A program made the position numbers and the translations under genes. The notes under the pieces were generated by a model. It made no database searches and was not told where the DNA came from. It saw only the letters and a list, made by a program, of their open reading frames with translations. Positions 8,735-17,500 of a stretch of 20,000 nucleotides of DNA are shown piece after piece; within the stretch, counting starts at the first letter, position 1; every line of letters begins with the position of its first letter. The DNA lies in contig OZ025784.1 in the NCBI GenBank assembly GCA_964019425.1, positions 1,721,502 through 1,741,501 of the forward strand, read 5' to 3'. The stretch comes from Flectonema sp. DT1601. Its lineage: Eukaryota.

Positions 8735-10360
8735 CTAGAGATACCCCTTCCAGGCTCGCGTTGCTCGCACACAACTTTTTTTTTTTAAGCTTTCTGAACA
8801 AACATTATTTTTACAACCAAGTCACGTCTGTTTTTATTCCCTGGCTAGGTACCCGTCCAGGGTACAAATTTGAACTTAACTTTACGCTCGCTTCGCTCGC
8901 GTTAAGTTAAGTCCAATTTTGTACCCTTTTCCTTGCTACTTTCTTCTTACTAATTTTTCTGGTTGAAAGACACAAAAAATGTGCCTGGGAATTGAACCCT
9001 TGCCACGGCTACCGAAGAGATTTAAGGTATCCACTCGGCTGTGCAGCCCTGGGGTTTTCTTTTTTTTTTATATTTATTTATTTGTGTGTTCTTAGCCTCT
9101 TTATGGAAATCCTTCCATTTTCCCTTCCCTCCAGTCTTAACGTAGGAGAGTCTACCAGGTGCCTACCCTGGACGCCCTTCGGGCGCGGGATTTGAACTAA
9201 TTGCGTGTACGGGCGCGATGGGTTATTGCAGTGGCAGGGGGTCGAACCAGCGATCACCCAGCCCCAGGGCGAGGGTTATACCACTACCCCTGGGATATCG
9301 CAACTTTTTATTATTTATTTATTATTTATTACTTTTCTGCAATTTTTATTTATAAATAAGTTTTCGAAAAGGTGGGAAGTAACGGACTGGGAGCTTTTGG
9401 CTCCTGCCCTATTCCCGATGTAAACTTTCTTTTTTTTTTTTTTTTTTTCTTTTTTAACAGGCCCAAAGGGCGACAATGAAAGATGCTGACCAAGGAATAG
9501 TATTCAAATGAATTTTTGTTTCAAAGAAACAAACAGGATTAAGGGAGAGGCAGAAAAAAAAAAAAAAAATAATATGAAGAGGAAATAATCAAACATGAAA
9601 AGAAAAGATAAAATAAAAATAAATAAACGTTATATATAAGCAATTTCTTTTTTTTTTCGCAATTTTTTATTTATTTATTACTTTTCTGTCCCAACGGGAC
9701 GACAAATGAAAAATGTCCTCCCTTAGCTGAAAATGCACACTGCACCCTGTTTTATCAAGTCCTTTGTTTTTGTTTTTCTGAAAGATATCTGTAGTTGTTG
9801 TTATATTAATATGCTAGCACGAAAACGACAGCTAGGTTTATGATGATTGCATATGTGGCTTAGGTTATCTGTTTGTTACATTTGGAAGTATTTTACAACA
9901 GGTTTATCGAACCTGTATCTGCAATGTGTGCGACCCTGGGATGGGAATATAGGAATTTAGTTATATTAATAAGGTTATCGTTCATTATTTCCAATAAAAT
10001 AGAAATGTGGGAAGAACTATGGGATGGCGGAACGCAGCCCCCCCCCCAACCCCCCCCAAGGGGGGGGAGCCACTAATAAAGGCCAACCCCCTGAAAAAGA
10101 ATCAAGAAAGAACAAAAATGCCCTCACCCAGGGTCGAACTGGACGGTTTACAGCCATTTTGGGTTTTGTAAAGAATGGTTAGTTCTGAAACTATTTGTGT
10201 AGGAAAGACCCTTTACCCAAAAAGAAATGAAATCAAAGATTGCTTTTTCACAGCTTGGCACCTAAAATCCAAAACTCATTAAGAAGGAAAAAATTATTTC
10301 AAAAAGAAAATTTTTGCTAACTAAATTGGCAGCCATACACCTAAATTTCAAAACCATACC
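8735..10360 (+). repeat. Array-associated block, copy C (most complete; continues through 10361-10718 into the 32-bp satellite)
   Basis: Collinear with copy A up to CAAAACCATACC and with copy B up to GCGACC (9935). Confidence 0.95.
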
Positions 10361-10650
10361 ACTTACTAACAAAATTTCTTTCTCATCACTTTTTATATTT
10401 TAAGAAAATGGTTAACAGGAATTTATGAAGACTTTTGGATAGATCAACTATGTGTTCCCATCTTTTTTAGGAGATCTGTAGAAAAGAATAAATCTTTCAG
10501 AAAATATTATAAAGGGAAGATTTCTTCTGAAGAATTTTTTTTTAACTACCTACTAAATTGGCAACCATACACTTAAATTTCAAAACCATACTAAAAAAGA
10601 ATTTTCATCACATTTTATACTTTAAGAAAATAAATGGTTACCCATCTTTT
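10318..10650 (+). repeat. Diverged local direct duplication (~232-bp offset)
   Basis: CTAAATTGGCAGCCATACACCTAAATTTCAAAACCATAC (10321) versus CTAAATTGGCAACCATACACTTAAATTTCAAAACCATAC (10553). Similarity continues to TTTAAGAAAAT...GGTTA. Confidence 0.8.
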
Positions 10651-10718
10651 TTAGACCTGCTCGGGCACAAAAATCCAGCATTTTTCCTTAGGCAAATAAA
10701 TCTTACTTACTTCCTACT

Positions 10719-10871
10719 GAAGAAAATTGGCAGCTAAAATTTGTTTGCGGGAAGAAAATAAGCAGCTAAAATTTGCTTGCGGGAAGGGAATCAGCAGCTA
10801 AAATTTGCTTGCGGGAAGAAAATAAGCAGCTAAAATTTGCTTGCGGGAAGAGAATCAGCAGCCAAGATTTG
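10719..10871. repeat. Short copy of the 32-bp minisatellite (~4.8 units), interrupted by an octamer array
   Basis: Same unit as 5464-7246. The first unit is degenerate and contains a perfect TTTGCGGG (10744-10751). Confidence 0.95.
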
Positions 10872-11114
10872 CCCGCAAACCCGCAAACCCGCAAACCCGC
10901 AAACCCGCAAACCCGCAAACCCGCAAACCCGCAAACCCGCAAACCCGCAAACCCGCAAACCCGCAAACCCGCAAACCCGCAAACCCGCAAACCCGCAAAC
11001 CCGCAAACCCGCAAACCCGCAAACCCGCAAACCCGCAAACCCGCAAACCCGCAAACCCGCAAACCCGCAAACCCGCAAACCCGCAAACCCGCAAACCCGC
11101 AAACCCGCAAACCC
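10872..11114. repeat. Telomere-like octamer array (CCCGCAAA), ~30 units
   Basis: Perfect tandem 8-mer, 243 bp. Confidence 0.98.
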
Positions 11115-11572
11115 AAAGAGCTTAAGTTGATACTCTTTTCAATGTCACTATAGTCCATTTTGATAACGTTTTCCACAACAGATCTGGAAAATAGTAATTC
11201 GCGATTGCAGGTGTCGTTGAGAATCATATCCTTCGTACGGACTTTCATCTTAAGAGCACAGGTCTTTGAGACCGACAGGGCCATGTCGTTGTCAGAACAC
11301 CATTGATCCACTTTATCAAGTATTATTTGAGCACTTGAAAGAGCTTCTTCCATGTTATGTCCAGATACTACACATGCTGTATCATCCGCATACAGAGCAG
11401 ACGTCGTTGTTTCTTTCTCCAGTTCCAAAATCTTGCAGAGGTCATCAACGTAGATAAGATAGAGAAGAGGACCCAGGATCGATCCCTGTGGAACCCCCTT
11501 AGCCAGAGTACGGAATTCGCTAAAGTAACCATTCGCTTCAACTCTAACCTTCCTGTTTGTAAGAAAGTCTTG
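11115..11572 (-). mobile_element. Internal fragment of a non-LTR (LINE-like) retrotransposon reverse transcriptase, ~153 codons, truncated at both ends by octamer arrays
   Basis: Stop-free translation QDFLTNRKVRV...GVPQGSILGPLLYLIYVDDL...LYADDTA...WCSDNDMALSVSKT. GVPQGS at 11480-11497 and YADD at 11381-11392 are typical non-LTR RT core motifs. No endonuclease, 3' UTR or poly(A) tail. Confidence 0.93.
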
Positions 11573-14500
11573 CCCGCAAACCCGCAAACCCGCAAACCCG
11601 CAAACCCGCAAACCCGCAAACCCGCAAACCCGCAAACCCGCAAACCCGCAAACCCGCAAACCCGCAAACCCGCAAACCCGCAAACCCGCAAACCCGCAAA
11701 CCCGCAAACCCGCAAACCCGCAAACCCGCAAACCCGCAAACCCGCAAACCCGCAAACCCGCAAACCCGCAAACCCGCAAACCCGCAAACCCGCAAACCCG
11801 CAAACCCGCAAACCCGCAAACCCGCAAACCCGCAAACCCGCAAACCCGCAAACCCGCAAACCCGCAAACCCGCAAACCCGCAAACCCGCAAACCCGCAAA
11901 CCCGCAAACCCGCAAACCCGCAAACCCGCAAACCCGCAAACCCGCAAACCCGCAAACCCGCAAACCCGCAAACCCGCAAACCCGCAAACCCGCAAACCCG
12001 CAAACCCGCAAACCCGCAAACCCGCAAACCCGCAAACCCGCAAACCCGCAAACCCGCAAACCCGCAAACCCGCAAACCCGCAAACCCGCAAACCCGCAAA
12101 CCCGCAAACCCGCAAACCCGCAAACCCGCAAACCCGCAAACCCGCAAACCCGCAAACCCGCAAACCCGCAAACCCGCAAACCCGCAAACCCGCAAACCCG
12201 CAAACCCGCAAACCCGCAAACCCGCAAACCCGCAAACCCGCAAACCCGCAAACCCGCAAACCCGCAAACCCGCAAACCCGCAAACCCGCAAACCCGCAAA
12301 CCCGCAAACCCGCAAACCCGCAAACCCGCAAACCCGCAAACCCGCAAACCCGCAAACCCGCAAACCCGCAAACCCGCAAACCCGCAAACCCGCAAACCCG
12401 CAAACCCGCAAACCCGCAAACCCGCAAACCCGCAAACCCGCAAACCCGCAAACCCGCAAACCCGCAAACCCGCAAACCCGCAAACCCGCAAACCCGCAAA
12501 CCCGCAAACCCGCAAACCCGCAAACCCGCAAACCCGCAAACCCGCAAACCCGCAAACCCGCAAACCCGCAAACCCGCAAACCCGCAAACCCGCAAACCCG
12601 CAAACCCGCAAACCCGCAAACCCGCAAACCCGCAAACCCGCAAACCCGCAAACCCGCAAACCCGCAAACCCGCAAACCCGCAAACCCGCAAACCCGCAAA
12701 CCCGCAAACCCGCAAACCCGCAAACCCGCAAACCCGCAAACCCGCAAACCCGCAAACCCGCAAACCCGCAAACCCGCAAACCCGCAAACCCGCAAACCCG
12801 CAAACCCGCAAACCCGCAAACCCGCAAACCCGCAAACCCGCAAACCCGCAAACCCGCAAACCCGCAAACCCGCAAACCCGCAAACCCGCAAACCCGCAAA
12901 CCCGCAAACCCGCAAACCCGCAAACCCGCAAACCCGCAAACCCGCAAACCCGCAAACCCGCAAACCCGCAAACCCGCAAACCCGCAAACCCGCAAACCCG
13001 CAAACCCGCAAACCCGCAAACCCGCAAACCCGCAAACCCGCAAACCCGCAAACCCGCAAACCCGCAAACCCGCAAACCCGCAAACCCGCAAACCCGCAAA
13101 CCCGCAAACCCGCAAACCCGCAAACCCGCAAACCCGCAAACCCGCAAACCCGCAAACCCGCAAACCCGCAAACCCGCAAACCCGCAAACCCGCAAACCCG
13201 CAAACCCGCAAACCCGCAAACCCGCAAACCCGCAAACCCGCAAACCCGCAAACCCGCAAACCCGCAAACCCGCAAACCCGCAAACCCGCAAACCCGCAAA
13301 CCCGCAAACCCGCAAACCCGCAAACCCGCAAACCCGCAAACCCGCAAACCCGCAAACCCGCAAACCCGCAAACCCGCAAACCCGCAAACCCGCAAACCCG
13401 CAAACCCGCAAACCCGCAAACCCGCAAACCCGCAAACCCGCAAACCCGCAAACCCGCAAACCCGCAAACCCGCAAACCCGCAAACCCGCAAACCCGCAAA
13501 CCCGCAAACCCGCAAACCCGCAAACCCGCAAACCCGCAAACCCGCAAACCCGCAAACCCGCAAACCCGCAAACCCGCAAACCCGCAAACCCGCAAACCCG
13601 CAAACCCGCAAACCCGCAAACCCGCAAACCCGCAAACCCGCAAACCCGCAAACCCGCAAACCCGCAAACCCGCAAACCCGCAAACCCGCAAACCCGCAAA
13701 CCCGCAAACCCGCAAACCCGCAAACCCGCAAACCCGCAAACCCGCAAACCCGCAAACCCGCAAACCCGCAAACCCGCAAACCCGCAAACCCGCAAACCCG
13801 CAAACCCGCAAACCCGCAAACCCGCAAACCCGCAAACCCGCAAACCCGCAAACCCGCAAACCCGCAAACCCGCAAACCCGCAAACCCGCAAACCCGCAAA
13901 CCCGCAAACCCGCAAACCCGCAAACCCGCAAACCCGCAAACCCGCAAACCCGCAAACCCGCAAACCCGCAAACCCGCAAACCCGCAAACCCGCAAACCCG
14001 CAAACCCGCAAACCCGCAAACCCGCAAACCCGCAAACCCGCAAACCCGCAAACCCGCAAACCCGCAAACCCGCAAACCCGCAAACCCGCAAACCCGCAAA
14101 CCCGCAAACCCGCAAACCCGCAAACCCGCAAACCCGCAAACCCGCAAACCCGCAAACCCGCAAACCCGCAAACCCGCAAACCCGCAAACCCGCAAACCCG
14201 CAAACCCGCAAACCCGCAAACCCGCAAACCCGCAAACCCGCAAACCCGCAAACCCGCAAACCCGCAAACCCGCAAACCCGCAAACCCGCAAACCCGCAAA
14301 CCCGCAAACCCGCAAACCCGCAAACCCGCAAACCCGCAAACCCGCAAACCCGCAAACCCGCAAACCCGCAAACCCGCAAACCCGCAAACCCGCAAACCCG
14401 CAAACCCGCAAACCCGCAAACCCGCAAACCCGCAAACCCGCAAACCCGCAAACCCGCAAACCCGCAAACCCGCAAACCCGCAAACCCGCAAACCCGCAAA

Positions 14501-17500
14501 CCCGCAAACCCGCAAACCCGCAAACCCGCAAACCCGCAAACCCGCAAACCCGCAAACCCGCAAACCCGCAAACCCGCAAACCCGCAAACCCGCAAACCCG
14601 CAAACCCGCAAACCCGCAAACCCGCAAACCCGCAAACCCGCAAACCCGCAAACCCGCAAACCCGCAAACCCGCAAACCCGCAAACCCGCAAACCCGCAAA
14701 CCCGCAAACCCGCAAACCCGCAAACCCGCAAACCCGCAAACCCGCAAACCCGCAAACCCGCAAACCCGCAAACCCGCAAACCCGCAAACCCGCAAACCCG
14801 CAAACCCGCAAACCCGCAAACCCGCAAACCCGCAAACCCGCAAACCCGCAAACCCGCAAACCCGCAAACCCGCAAACCCGCAAACCCGCAAACCCGCAAA
14901 CCCGCAAACCCGCAAACCCGCAAACCCGCAAACCCGCAAACCCGCAAACCCGCAAACCCGCAAACCCGCAAACCCGCAAACCCGCAAACCCGCAAACCCG
15001 CAAACCCGCAAACCCGCAAACCCGCAAACCCGCAAACCCGCAAACCCGCAAACCCGCAAACCCGCAAACCCGCAAACCCGCAAACCCGCAAACCCGCAAA
15101 CCCGCAAACCCGCAAACCCGCAAACCCGCAAACCCGCAAACCCGCAAACCCGCAAACCCGCAAACCCGCAAACCCGCAAACCCGCAAACCCGCAAACCCG
15201 CAAACCCGCAAACCCGCAAACCCGCAAACCCGCAAACCCGCAAACCCGCAAACCCGCAAACCCGCAAACCCGCAAACCCGCAAACCCGCAAACCCGCAAA
15301 CCCGCAAACCCGCAAACCCGCAAACCCGCAAACCCGCAAACCCGCAAACCCGCAAACCCGCAAACCCGCAAACCCGCAAACCCGCAAACCCGCAAACCCG
15401 CAAACCCGCAAACCCGCAAACCCGCAAACCCGCAAACCCGCAAACCCGCAAACCCGCAAACCCGCAAACCCGCAAACCCGCAAACCCGCAAACCCGCAAA
15501 CCCGCAAACCCGCAAACCCGCAAACCCGCAAACCCGCAAACCCGCAAACCCGCAAACCCGCAAACCCGCAAACCCGCAAACCCGCAAACCCGCAAACCCG
15601 CAAACCCGCAAACCCGCAAACCCGCAAACCCGCAAACCCGCAAACCCGCAAACCCGCAAACCCGCAAACCCGCAAACCCGCAAACCCGCAAACCCGCAAA
15701 CCCGCAAACCCGCAAACCCGCAAACCCGCAAACCCGCAAACCCGCAAACCCGCAAACCCGCAAACCCGCAAACCCGCAAACCCGCAAACCCGCAAACCCG
15801 CAAACCCGCAAACCCGCAAACCCGCAAACCCGCAAACCCGCAAACCCGCAAACCCGCAAACCCGCAAACCCGCAAACCCGCAAACCCGCAAACCCGCAAA
15901 CCCGCAAACCCGCAAACCCGCAAACCCGCAAACCCGCAAACCCGCAAACCCGCAAACCCGCAAACCCGCAAACCCGCAAACCCGCAAACCCGCAAACCCG
16001 CAAACCCGCAAACCCGCAAACCCGCAAACCCGCAAACCCGCAAACCCGCAAACCCGCAAACCCGCAAACCCGCAAACCCGCAAACCCGCAAACCCGCAAA
16101 CCCGCAAACCCGCAAACCCGCAAACCCGCAAACCCGCAAACCCGCAAACCCGCAAACCCGCAAACCCGCAAACCCGCAAACCCGCAAACCCGCAAACCCG
16201 CAAACCCGCAAACCCGCAAACCCGCAAACCCGCAAACCCGCAAACCCGCAAACCCGCAAACCCGCAAACCCGCAAACCCGCAAACCCGCAAACCCGCAAA
16301 CCCGCAAACCCGCAAACCCGCAAACCCGCAAACCCGCAAACCCGCAAACCCGCAAACCCGCAAACCCGCAAACCCGCAAACCCGCAAACCCGCAAACCCG
16401 CAAACCCGCAAACCCGCAAACCCGCAAACCCGCAAACCCGCAAACCCGCAAACCCGCAAACCCGCAAACCCGCAAACCCGCAAACCCGCAAACCCGCAAA
16501 CCCGCAAACCCGCAAACCCGCAAACCCGCAAACCCGCAAACCCGCAAACCCGCAAACCCGCAAACCCGCAAACCCGCAAACCCGCAAACCCGCAAACCCG
16601 CAAACCCGCAAACCCGCAAACCCGCAAACCCGCAAACCCGCAAACCCGCAAACCCGCAAACCCGCAAACCCGCAAACCCGCAAACCCGCAAACCCGCAAA
16701 CCCGCAAACCCGCAAACCCGCAAACCCGCAAACCCGCAAACCCGCAAACCCGCAAACCCGCAAACCCGCAAACCCGCAAACCCGCAAACCCGCAAACCCG
16801 CAAACCCGCAAACCCGCAAACCCGCAAACCCGCAAACCCGCAAACCCGCAAACCCGCAAACCCGCAAACCCGCAAACCCGCAAACCCGCAAACCCGCAAA
16901 CCCGCAAACCCGCAAACCCGCAAACCCGCAAACCCGCAAACCCGCAAACCCGCAAACCCGCAAACCCGCAAACCCGCAAACCCGCAAACCCGCAAACCCG
17001 CAAACCCGCAAACCCGCAAACCCGCAAACCCGCAAACCCGCAAACCCGCAAACCCGCAAACCCGCAAACCCGCAAACCCGCAAACCCGCAAACCCGCAAA
17101 CCCGCAAACCCGCAAACCCGCAAACCCGCAAACCCGCAAACCCGCAAACCCGCAAACCCGCAAACCCGCAAACCCGCAAACCCGCAAACCCGCAAACCCG
17201 CAAACCCGCAAACCCGCAAACCCGCAAACCCGCAAACCCGCAAACCCGCAAACCCGCAAACCCGCAAACCCGCAAACCCGCAAACCCGCAAACCCGCAAA
17301 CCCGCAAACCCGCAAACCCGCAAACCCGCAAACCCGCAAACCCGCAAACCCGCAAACCCGCAAACCCGCAAACCCGCAAACCCGCAAACCCGCAAACCCG
17401 CAAACCCGCAAACCCGCAAACCCGCAAACCCGCAAACCCGCAAACCCGCAAACCCGCAAACCCGCAAACCCGCAAACCCGCAAACCCGCAAACCCGCAAA

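Noticed and set aside
11115..11572. Telomerase (TERT), group II intron or retron RT
   Set aside because: FLTNRxxRV, GVPQGSILGPLLY, LYADD and WC..N.M.LS..KT are non-LTR retrotransposon signatures. TERT and group II intron RTs have different motif contexts (e.g. PQGSxLS, PQGGxLSP/RYADD).
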